A stretch of DNA of 64,000 nt from a virus: positions 1-64,000 of the IMG/VR virus record IMGVR_UViG_3300003323_000950, one strand, 5' to 3'. The number at the start of each line of letters is the position of its first letter. Position 1 is the first letter of the stretch. Positions 56,675 to 64,000 of this stretch are shown here, one piece after another. A program made the position numbers and the translations under genes. The notes under the pieces were generated by a model, which worked only from the letters and a program-made list of their open reading frames with translations, was not told the DNA's origin and did not search any database.

Positions 56675-56773
56675 GGCGCACGGCAGGATTGTCTGTTTTT
56701 ACTGGACTTATACAATTTGCCAGTGCCTTACCTGCAAATGTGTCCGGCGCATTTGATCGCCGCCACGTGCGCC
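56675..56773 (-). ncRNA. tRNA-like RNA 3: no anticodon arm, expanded T-loop
   Basis: GGCGCACG/CGTGCGCC terminal stem contiguous with GCAGG/CCTGC stem; 5' TGGCG...CGC as in tRNA-Leu D-arm. Confidence 0.55.
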
Positions 56774-56781
56774 ATTAATTT

Positions 56782-57081
56782 TTATTCAGAAACCAGCATT
56801 TCAGCCGGGTAATAAGTCAATTCGAAAATATCAGGTTTGCATGGGTAGAACTCACCTTTAACGCCTTTGATAATATAGTCTCCTGGTAGCGCTTTGTGGT
56901 CGCCTTCAAGTGTTGGGATCGTCACGCTGAAGATAGGAGCGCCTTTACCGGCTTCGTAAGCTGTATCAGACTCCAATTCAGTTTTCAGTTCTGTGCCGAC
57001 AAATCCATTTATCTCGTCGAGATTGTGACCATTGTATTGCACTGCCTCAATGGTGATAGGTTTTTTAGTATATTTTTTCAT
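56782..57081 (-). CDS. Conserved phage protein (KKP..IEA.Q...TLEG...GDYII.G..GEFYPCKPDIF family)
   Basis: Widespread phage motif; start at ATG 57081. Confidence 0.85.
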   Translation of the reverse strand: MKKYTKKPITIEAVQYNGHNLDEINGFVGTELKTELESDTAYEAGKGAPIFSVTIPTLEGDHKALPGDYIIKGVKGEFYPCKPDIFELTYYPAEMLVSE

Positions 57082-57308
57082 AAAGTTGATTTTCAAAGTA
57101 AGCCGCCAGTGTTACCCGGCGGCTTTGACGGTTTTTATGGATCTTACCGACAAACCGATTTGTTTCAAAGAAACGACCTGCGTACACTCTCACTTTCAAT
57201 TTCACCCTCTTTCTATCGAAAGGCTAATTTCCTGGGCAATACTACTACAGATCGTCTTGTCCGTTTCACAGACTTTGTCCGCATGCGCTTTGGACCAGCG
57301 TTGCATGT

Positions 57309-57474
57309 TTACATGCTCGTCCCGGTTAGCCGGGCGACTCCCAATTTAAAGATTAGGCTCTCTTGTCTTCGGCCAGCGGAGGGCTTCAACCTCCTGTCAA
57401 CATTACACGTCTGTTTATCGACCGCCGTTTATTACAGACCTTTAACACGGCCGAATGCAAACGCCAGCATGTAA
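57309..57474 (-). ncRNA. Candidate multi-branched structured RNA
   Basis: Nested helices TTACATGCT/AGCATGTAA, TTCGGCC/GGCCGAA, GTCTGT/ACAGAC, GGAGG-TTGAAGC-CCTCC, CCCGG/CCGGG in a 600-bp region with no credible gene. Confidence 0.5.
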
Positions 57475-57669
57475 CCGATGACAAACTTTCAACACGTTGC
57501 CGGCCTAGTGCCTGCGGGGCTGGGTTCATCACGCCCAGGCCCCTATGTGCCTTTTCATTTTACCAAAACCCAAAGGACACATTCAAATTTATAGCCTTCT
57601 GCTAGTTATCAAAAGAAGCCGATGGCATTAATTTTTATACTATATCAACTGTAAGGGTTACAAAGGGAC

Positions 57670-57702
57670 AAAGCTCGGCGGGCATATACGTCGGGCTTTT
57701 TT
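57670..57702 (+). terminator. Plus-strand intrinsic terminator
   Basis: AAAGCTCGGCG-GGCATATA-CGTCGGGCTTTTTT; two G-U pairs on plus become A-C mismatches on minus. Confidence 0.6.
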
Positions 57703-57709
57703 ATTGCCC

Positions 57710-57952
57710 CTACAGTATTTGTATGCGTGACGGCTCTATGCGCCTGTGTTCATAGGCACCGCTTTCGTTCTTTTCGAACGGCTCGATGATGGCATAGGTC
57801 CTGGAGAAAATCAACCCTACAGGCTGATCTGGCGGCTCAAGATCGCTCACGTATCCGATCAGATAGGCTTTTTTAAGCTTGCCATCCTTTATATCCAGGA
57901 ACAACACGCGCACGTGGGTAATTCTGCGGAGGAATCGAAACAGTCTATTCAT
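57710..57952 (-). CDS. Hypothetical protein (start MNRLFRFL)
   Basis: Start moved to 57952, overlapping the upstream stop. Confidence 0.6.
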   Translation of the reverse strand: MNRLFRFLRRITHVRVLFLDIKDGKLKKAYLIGYVSDLEPPDQPVGLIFSRTYAIIEPFEKNESGAYEHRRIEPSRIQIL

Positions 57953-58409
57953 GTTCAATAAATGAAGTTCTCTTGTTGTTGACCAATTCCATATTGAGAT
58001 CCGCGAACGCTTCGAGCTCGTTCTCACCCACGCCGAACGTACCAATGTGCGGACTGTCAGGCATCCACTCGCCAGCCATGCATGCGACAAAGTCACCTTT
58101 GTAAGCGTACACCATGACACCGCGCTTAATGCAATACTCCTGTATTATTTTACCGAAATGCTTATCCATTTCCTCAAACAGGGTATTTAATTTCTCCCAC
58201 TCTGGCGTGCCCCATACATCTCTGTAGAAGCCAGGTATCGCCATCACATAAAGGAGAAAATCCATCAACGAAAGGTGATTTGTGATGTGGAACAGAGTCT
58301 CAACTCCCTTCCACGTTTTGTACTGGTTTACGCCGATAGCCTGCACTAAATTTTCAGGCACGCACACCGGGGCATTGTCCTTGCCCAGGAAAATATAAAA
58401 TGGTTTCAT
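57945..58409 (-). CDS. Hypothetical protein
   Basis: C-terminal GTFGVGENELEAFADL resembles a HicB-N-like motif. Confidence 0.65.
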   Translation of the reverse strand: MKPFYIFLGKDNAPVCVPENLVQAIGVNQYKTWKGVETLFHITNHLSLMDFLLYVMAIPGFYRDVWGTPEWEKLNTLFEEMDKHFGKIIQEYCIKRGVMVYAYKGDFVACMAGEWMPDSPHIGTFGVGENELEAFADLNMELVNNKRTSFIEHE

Positions 58410-58417
58410 AGTTCGGG

Positions 58418-58684
58418 TTACTTTATGGTGATGTCTTCGTATTTGAAAGATACCTTGGGTGAGTTCGTGCCCTGGTTAAAACCTATCTCGCGGATTACGG
58501 CATCACGCACGGATTCTTTCACAGAATCGGCTGACATCTCGTAGGTAGACCAGGCCAGCGCCTCGCAGTTATCAACAATCGTTTCACGATCACCATTCCT
58601 GGTATCATAGGATATTACCATGGTGAATCCGTTTCCTTTTTCGTCGTCGAAATTTTCGATTATCTGCTTTCTTAAGGTTGCCAT
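58418..58684 (-). CDS. Hypothetical protein
   Basis: First gene after a consensus promoter. Confidence 0.7.
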   Translation of the reverse strand: MATLRKQIIENFDDEKGNGFTMVISYDTRNGDRETIVDNCEALAWSTYEMSADSVKESVRDAVIREIGFNQGTNSPKVSFKYEDITIK

Positions 58685-58712
58685 TTGCTTTTTGTTTGAC
58701 TGATTGATAGAT

Positions 58713-58744
58713 CAAATGTAACACGAAGTTACATGCAAAGCAAA
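58713..58744 (-). promoter_or_regulatory. Consensus promoter with perfect operator
   Basis: TTTG-N20-TACATTTG; ATGTAAC-ACGAA-GTTACAT. Confidence 0.85.
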
Positions 58745-58770
58745 TGTTTTATCTTTTTTATATGAAAATT

Positions 58771-60627
58771 CTACCAGTTGGCCAGTAACCAGTTCAGTCC
58801 ACCCACGCCGGAAACGCCGTTCAGCATGCCGTCTACATCGAAATCAGAATAGCGCGAAATCCATGCAGATTCAAAATCTGCCGCCATACGGGTAGCCATG
58901 CTACCGTTATTATTAAGGGCTCCTATGGAGATGAATTGACTCGGGAGGCCGGTAGATGCTACATTTGCACTGTGTAACACAGAGTTGTTTTTCAATAATG
59001 CCTTTGTGCCGACGTTTCTCGCTATGCCATACCAATTGCCAGATACAAAGGCAGCCTCTCCATTATAAACGGTAGCCGTATTGTCATTAACACGATATAA
59101 CAACCCTGTCGTGCCTGAACTCTGCGCCAGGAAGAAAGCGTTCACGGTATCCGTACAACCGAACATATACGCCGCAGTTCCTGAGGCAGTGGTACGAGTC
59201 TTCAGTTTTACCATCATCATCACATTATCTTGTGTGACCCTGGAAGTATTTATGTTGCCTCTGAAATTAAGCGCGTAGCTGGAAGTGCTGCCGTTTGTTG
59301 ATATATGGCTGTTGGCGGTGAATGTTCCTGAGCTGCTGCTCAAATATGTCAGCATGGACCAATCCAAGAAAACGTTGTTACCATTGCTTGTTTTAAATAC
59401 ACCCAGATATTCAAGCTTAAACCAGTTCCCGAGTGAAATCTGTGTTGACACAAAAGTTTCGATCAGGTTTTTGCGGGCAGTGGTGATATCATCGAAGTGG
59501 TTAGCGATGATCATACGGGCCCATTTACTGTAGCTCGCATTCGCCATCCATCGGGCGCGCATGTTCCCAATATCGTTGTTACCTGTCTGATTTCTGTGCA
59601 GACCGTCAGCACCGTATCCGCCAGATCCGATCAGTGCCGCATTTAAACCAACGATGTGCAGATAATCTCTGGCTACCGTTTCATCTATCAGAGCCTTCCT
59701 AAACGCGTAAATTCTGTCATTAAGAACGCTTGTTTCATATCTGCCCTCTTGTGACCACAGCACTGGAGTGTTCGGGTAGTCCGTGTGCAATCGGTTCATG
59801 TATTCCTGAGTCTTGGCTACAATAGTAGGCATATCTAAAACCGGCGAGACCGTAGTTCCATCTCTTCTGATGTCGTTTATGCCTAAACTTTCATGGATAG
59901 CTATCGGTTCATCTACCGAAGCTGCAGCCAACGCCGCTGTCGTTCTCGTTTTGGCGTCACTGTACAGATTACCACCGCTAATATCCCATGTATTCGTCGT
60001 GGGCACAGACTCAGCCCTGAATACAATCGTTGATCCTGCTGATGCGGCAGGCACAATAATCGCCTTAAGTGTTGTGAGCTCGTTGAATTTAATACCAAAC
60101 TGCGGATGTGGCGTGCCCTGACTGGCCGGGCAATTCCAGGTATCAGCGTTTGTTATCTGAACAATCGCCGAGTCGTTCCATTGGTATACTGTTCCCGCTG
60201 TCGGAGTAGGGCCAGGGCCTGTGGAGTTGTTGGAGCCTCTTTCCCGACTATCACCGTGGATAACCACCACAGCTTGGCCAGTAGCGGATATTTGCGAAGA
60301 ATACACCGGGCCCACCCCGGCCGAGGTAGCGTTCGCGCTCCCTCCTGAATTGGTGGCTGTGACATAAAATGTCAGCGTTTTTAACACATCAGCGTCCTGC
60401 GGGGTGTAGGTGATAGATGTTGCCCCTGATATTGGTGATCCGTCGCGCATCCATTGATAGGTCAGGAGCGGTCCATTTGTCCACGTGCCGCCGTTCCCGG
60501 TTAAAACCTGCCCCTTTTTTGGAGTGCCTGAAATACTGGGCGCTACTGTATTTGCGGGCGGTTGAACTGATGGGCCAGTCTGTGAACCCGTACCGCTGAT
60601 AACAGAGCTGATTATGTTTAACATCAT
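58771..60627 (-). CDS. Fibre-like protein: Ig-like repeat, SGNH esterase, lectin-like domain
   Basis: PPANTVAPSISGT...YQWMRDG; HGDS, LGIND, DGLH SGNH blocks. Confidence 0.75.
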   Translation of the reverse strand: MMLNIISSVISGTGSQTGPSVQPPANTVAPSISGTPKKGQVLTGNGGTWTNGPLLTYQWMRDGSPISGATSITYTPQDADVLKTLTFYVTATNSGGSANATSAGVGPVYSSQISATGQAVVVIHGDSRERGSNNSTGPGPTPTAGTVYQWNDSAIVQITNADTWNCPASQGTPHPQFGIKFNELTTLKAIIVPAASAGSTIVFRAESVPTTNTWDISGGNLYSDAKTRTTAALAAASVDEPIAIHESLGINDIRRDGTTVSPVLDMPTIVAKTQEYMNRLHTDYPNTPVLWSQEGRYETSVLNDRIYAFRKALIDETVARDYLHIVGLNAALIGSGGYGADGLHRNQTGNNDIGNMRARWMANASYSKWARMIIANHFDDITTARKNLIETFVSTQISLGNWFKLEYLGVFKTSNGNNVFLDWSMLTYLSSSSGTFTANSHISTNGSTSSYALNFRGNINTSRVTQDNVMMMVKLKTRTTASGTAAYMFGCTDTVNAFFLAQSSGTTGLLYRVNDNTATVYNGEAAFVSGNWYGIARNVGTKALLKNNSVLHSANVASTGLPSQFISIGALNNNGSMATRMAADFESAWISRYSDFDVDGMLNGVSGVGGLNWLLANW

Positions 60628-60639
60628 AAATTTTAATTA

Positions 60640-62058
60640 TTAAAACGAAGATTGAAGCAATGTTTTACATGCGGCGTGGCCGGATGCATTGAGGTGTATT
60701 CCGTCACCGATGTTGTAAGTAGAATTCAACGTGAAGTTTCCAGCATCTTTTGTGAGTGTGTAGAAGTCGATATCACCGGTTATTCCGGACACGTCTACAT
60801 TGGAGGCTACGGGGCGGCCGGTTACGACGGTTATGTCGGCAGCCTGCAGTGTTGATTTTATGGCGGCTATATTTGAATTAACCGTCGCCGCAGATGCGCC
60901 AGCGTCGATATCATTGCGGCCGATATTCATGTAAACCCGGCGTGGCTTCAAATACAGAATTTCATTAATGTTGGCTGTCACCTCATCGGTTCGGTCGGAG
61001 ATGCCCGCAGATATCTCATAAGTGTATGAATCTGCAACGAATGCCGCCTCTGTGTAACGATTGGCAGATACACCTGGATATATACCGTACATATTTGAAT
61101 CTCCTTTCCCTAAAGCCTCAGCAAAGCGCTGAACGGTACTCGACACTTCCCAGCTGTCAATGACAGTAGTTCCACCAAAATTGTAAATCGCAAAGTTTCC
61201 GGTGTTATGCGCCTGGGCAACGTTCGCAGTAGTGATGTTTATAGAGAATGTCGTTGTGTAAAGCTGAGTGTTTGACGTGTTCAGTATCCTGAAAGTAAAC
61301 TGGTGCACGTTCCTGGTAATCTCTAAAATATAGGTTGTGCTGGCGACTGGCGTGAAGGAAGTGCCCGCTACCATCTGGCCGGTTATCGTGTCTTTGGTGT
61401 AGAGATATACAGCCCCGGAGGCGTTGTCCCATGCCCATCGCACAATGCTGCTGAACGGATCGAAAGAATTGATACTTCTGATTCCGATACCAATACCGTA
61501 TACCGTGCTGCCCAGTGTAGCAGGCGTCGTGCATTGAACGCGCTGAGTCCATTTCTCCAGGCAGGTTACTTTATGCGGGCTCGTTGACTTGGTATAGGTC
61601 AGCGCGCTTGAAAATAGTGTCGGGTTGCCCGTCATGGTAACTGATCCGGAGCCGATGGTAATGCCAGTGCCTACTACGGTGTAATCAGCCAAAGTGCCGT
61701 TAAAGTCTTCGCTGAATATGGTACCGAGTTGAACAGGTACTGGCCACTGCACGGCTGCGGTGGCGGTAGAATACGCCGTAGTCGATCCAAAGGCATTTGT
61801 TGCGGTTACGCCTACGCGTATTACGCTTCCATAGTCAGAAAACAGTATTAGGTAGGTAGAAGCCGTAGCCCCGGAGATATTAACGCCGTTTTTCTGCCAC
61901 TGGTATGTGTATGATGTAGGGGAATTTGCCCAGGTGCCATTCGATGCGGAAAGCGTCTGATCGGCGCGCGCGGTTCCTGAAATAGCAGGTAGAACAGTAT
62001 TTGCCGGTGCGATTCCTGTAGAATTGTTTACTATGGAGGCGACGGCATTTATAATCAT
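60640..62058 (-). CDS. Fibre-like protein: Ig-like repeat, ConA-like sandwich, SGNH/GDSL esterase
   Basis: APANTVLPAISGT...YTYQWQKNG; GDSN, IGRND, DGIH; start at ATG 62058. Confidence 0.75.
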   Translation of the reverse strand: MIINAVASIVNNSTGIAPANTVLPAISGTARADQTLSASNGTWANSPTSYTYQWQKNGVNISGATASTYLILFSDYGSVIRVGVTATNAFGSTTAYSTATAAVQWPVPVQLGTIFSEDFNGTLADYTVVGTGITIGSGSVTMTGNPTLFSSALTYTKSTSPHKVTCLEKWTQRVQCTTPATLGSTVYGIGIGIRSINSFDPFSSIVRWAWDNASGAVYLYTKDTITGQMVAGTSFTPVASTTYILEITRNVHQFTFRILNTSNTQLYTTTFSINITTANVAQAHNTGNFAIYNFGGTTVIDSWEVSSTVQRFAEALGKGDSNMYGIYPGVSANRYTEAAFVADSYTYEISAGISDRTDEVTANINEILYLKPRRVYMNIGRNDIDAGASAATVNSNIAAIKSTLQAADITVVTGRPVASNVDVSGITGDIDFYTLTKDAGNFTLNSTYNIGDGIHLNASGHAACKTLLQSSF

Positions 62059-62174
62059 GGCATTACTGTTTGTGCCATAAAAATACGAAGGGCTATGCAT
62101 TTCCGCTTTAATGCATAGCCCGTTTAAACGTGACGTCATTTTTAATACCGTCACTTCTCTATATGTGCTTTGTG

Positions 62175-62411
62175 CTAATCGAACGATATTTTGGAGGTAC
62201 CGGAAATGGCACTGACCTTTTTCAGATGCTCTTCGGACTCGGCTTCCAACTTGGCATTTGCCTCGTCAGTTTCCTGCTTCAGCTTTTTCATAGCCTTTTC
62301 CTGCGCTTGCCTGGCTTCCTCGGCGGCTATGTCGGCCTTTTCCTTTAGATCCTGAAGCTGCTTCTTTTTCTCTTCGGATAGCTCTTCAAGTGGTTTTTCC
62401 TCGTTTTCCAT
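62175..62411 (-). CDS. Small highly charged coiled-coil protein
   Basis: E/K-rich; ATG 4 nt after TATTTTTG. Confidence 0.7.
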   Translation of the reverse strand: MENEEKPLEELSEEKKKQLQDLKEKADIAAEEARQAQEKAMKKLKQETDEANAKLEAESEEHLKKVSAISGTSKISFD

Positions 62412-62427
62412 AGGTCAAAAATAGCTT

Positions 62428-62706
62428 TTATTGATAGCATTGCAAAGAGTCGCGGGTGAGGTTGGCGACTTGTATCGAGCTGTGTGAACCTCTCACGTAT
62501 ATCCACACTCCGAATTTCATGCCATCGTGAAATTCTTCTATGTAATGGATTTCACCGTCGGCGATTGGAGCGACGTATCCCGATAGTTTCGATTCGATTA
62601 TGTTTTGTTTCATATCGGATCGTGAATGCGTCAAAAGAACCACGCCATAAGATGTGAGGCCAATTGCTAATGTAATTATCAATACGAGCCAAAAATCAAA
62701 TTTCAT
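62428..62706 (-). CDS. Membrane-anchored hypothetical protein
   Basis: N-terminal TM; start at ATG 62706. Confidence 0.6.
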   Translation of the reverse strand: MKFDFWLVLIITLAIGLTSYGVVLLTHSRSDMKQNIIESKLSGYVAPIADGEIHYIEEFHDGMKFGVWIYVRGSHSSIQVANLTRDSLQCYQ

Positions 62707-62719
62707 AAATGTATATTTT

Positions 62720-63058
62720 TTAGTTGATGTTCGGGATATCGGCAGGCTTGCCGGAATGGAGTCCTCTGTTTCTCGCAGTCTCATACTCCATGAAGTTGTC
62801 GTAAACCGTAACGGTGTCGATTCTTACAGCTATCTCCACTTTAGTTTTAAGCCACGCCGATGTCTGATAGGATATGTAAAGGTTATTGCCCATGAACACG
62901 AAATACTCAGATCGAACGCATAGGTCTTTAACATTTCGCTTCTTACGAAGCGTTTTTTTGTCGTGATCAGCTACCTTATGATTAGCGCGGATGATGGACC
63001 ACAGTTTGCCCATCACTTCATCTTTTGCCCAGTCTTCCTTTTTGAATGTTGCTGCCAT
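62720..63058 (-). CDS. Hypothetical protein
   Basis: ORF in operon. Confidence 0.65.
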   Translation of the reverse strand: MAATFKKEDWAKDEVMGKLWSIIRANHKVADHDKKTLRKKRNVKDLCVRSEYFVFMGNNLYISYQTSAWLKTKVEIAVRIDTVTVYDNFMEYETARNRGLHSGKPADIPNIN

Positions 63059-63231
63059 TATATTTTCCTTAAAAGCCTTGTAATAACTACTACCTTTTTT
63101 CCGTCGAAATCGACCAGCATGCTACCGTTGCGGCCGCGTATGCATTTGCCGTCAGGTCTTAGCACGGCACTGCATATCGCATTTTTATAGTGTGACGCTG
63201 TAAATCGATCACCAATATATCGATACATCAT
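63058..63231 (-). CDS. Small hypothetical protein (57 aa, MMYRYIGDRFT...GKCIRGRNGSMLV)
   Basis: Coupled overlaps on both sides. Confidence 0.6.
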   Translation of the reverse strand: MMYRYIGDRFTASHYKNAICSAVLRPDGKCIRGRNGSMLVDFDGKKVVVITRLLRKI

Positions 63232-63373
63232 GCTTTATCTGATTTTCTGTATTTCAAAGACGGTCCACGCTGCCATGCGACAATATCACTACTGAAGAAG
63301 AAATCGTCGTACGTTTTCAGCGGCCGCTTCGGCTTAGGCTGGTGAATGAAGGTGCGCTTCTGCTGCTGTGAGG

Positions 63374-63586
63374 TCATTCTGCCGAAGTTTGAATGTCTCT
63401 CTTACCTTCGACCGGCACGTATCCAGATCCACCGCAATTGGGGCAGTGTTCTTCGTTGCCATGAATGTCGAATATTGATCCAAACCCGTCGCAATCAGGG
63501 CATTCTTTGGATAAAGCGGGCACGGCTCTTTTGCCGTGCGCCGCCTTTGGATAGGCTCCTGCGAAAAATGCTTTTTTATTGATCAT
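63374..63586 (-). CDS. Small DnaJ-type zinc-finger protein
   Basis: CPDCDGFG...CPNCGGSG. Confidence 0.65.
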   Translation of the reverse strand: MINKKAFFAGAYPKAAHGKRAVPALSKECPDCDGFGSIFDIHGNEEHCPNCGGSGYVPVEGKRDIQTSAE

Positions 63587-63786
63587 CAGCTTGCTGAGTT
63601 TAAAAACCATTGCTTGCCGAGTTTGAATATGAGACTCCCTTTCTTGTTGCCGTGGTCGGCAATCAGAATACCAAGGGTTGAACGCTCGATCTTCTTTTCA
63701 GATTTCTTGCGCGGCCGCTCCGGGTTTTGCTCGTTGATCGCAGCTACGCGGGCTTCCTGGTATAGCTGGTGATAGGTCTTTTCCAT
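63586..63786 (-). CDS. Small hypothetical protein
   Basis: ORF coupled to the next gene. Confidence 0.55.
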   Translation of the reverse strand: MEKTYHQLYQEARVAAINEQNPERPRKKSEKKIERSTLGILIADHGNKKGSLIFKLGKQWFLNSAS

Positions 63787-63809
63787 TACGAAAGAAGGGT
63801 TGGTTTTTT

Positions 63810-63836
63810 AAAACCCAGCCCTACACGAGGGCCGGG
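63810..63836 (-). terminator. Possible terminator
   Basis: CCCGGCCCT-CGTGT-AGGGCTGGG-TTTT. Confidence 0.5.
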
Positions 63837-63880
63837 AGTTTGTTCAAAATAAATTACTACTACAATTGCGCGGCATAGGG

Positions 63881-64000
63881 TCACGCTTCCGTCCCATACC
63901 CGGCTTTGTTTAGAGCTTTGATGGCTTGCCCTTCGGCGAAGTCGCAACCGCCGAAATTTATGTCCACATTTAATTCCAATAGCATTACATCGGCCGGTAT
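63881..64000 (-). CDS. 3' end of a gene entering from the right edge
   Basis: ...IPADVMLLELNVDINFGGCDFAEGQAIKALNKAGYGTEA stop. Confidence 0.55.
   Translation of the reverse strand: MPADVMLLELNVDINFGGCDFAEGQAIKALNKAGYGTEA

Noticed and set aside
56896-57605. Plus-strand ORFs 56896..57474, 57032..57349, 57363..57605
   Set aside because: Non-ATG starts, atypical composition, overlap with a conserved gene; the region is better explained by RNA structure
1-64000. Stop-codon reassignment
   Set aside because: Long structural genes are intact in the standard code, TAA, TAG and TGA all end genes, and no suppressor tRNA is present

Overview
A 64-kb slice of a tailed dsDNA phage (or prophage) with a contractile tail; almost every gene is on the minus strand. 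The host is very likely a Bacteroidota member: promoters follow TTTG-N19/20-TAnnTTTG and leaders are A-rich with no Shine-Dalgarno. In transcription order (right to left) the window holds: small early-type genes, two Ig-repeat/SGNH-esterase proteins, a structured-RNA region and an amino-methyltransferase (54.5-64 kb); a head module (portal-MuF fusion, HNH insert, protease/scaffold, decoration, MCP, 47-54.5 kb); neck, sheath, tube, frameshifted chaperone, tape measure, baseplate and fibres (27.6-47 kb); recombination/replication genes (HD hydrolase, ASCH, RHH-like regulator, Sak4-like ATPase, PD-(D/E)XK nuclease, initiator with iterons, DnaC-like loader, RuvC-like, KTSC, 21-27 kb); an Ig-repeat/beta-helix protein, a putative head-spike base and an expanded lysis cassette (14.5-20.7 kb); then ParB proteins, a DnaQ exonuclease, DUF5131, many small ORFs and a probable terminase small subunit. 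No terminase large subunit, integrase, polymerase, reverse transcriptase or CRISPR array is visible. Most notable signals: (1) a putative modular capsid-spike system, one base protein with three enzyme-tipped fibres sharing an N-terminal docking peptide and Ig stalk; (2) at least three tRNA-shaped RNAs with intact acceptor/T stems but abnormal or missing anticodon arms; (3) a palindromic RTAAC-N5-RTTAY operator overlapping the -7 box of about 12 promoters; (4) several candidate sRNAs and pseudoknots. All calls come from reading motifs by eye; no database searches were run.
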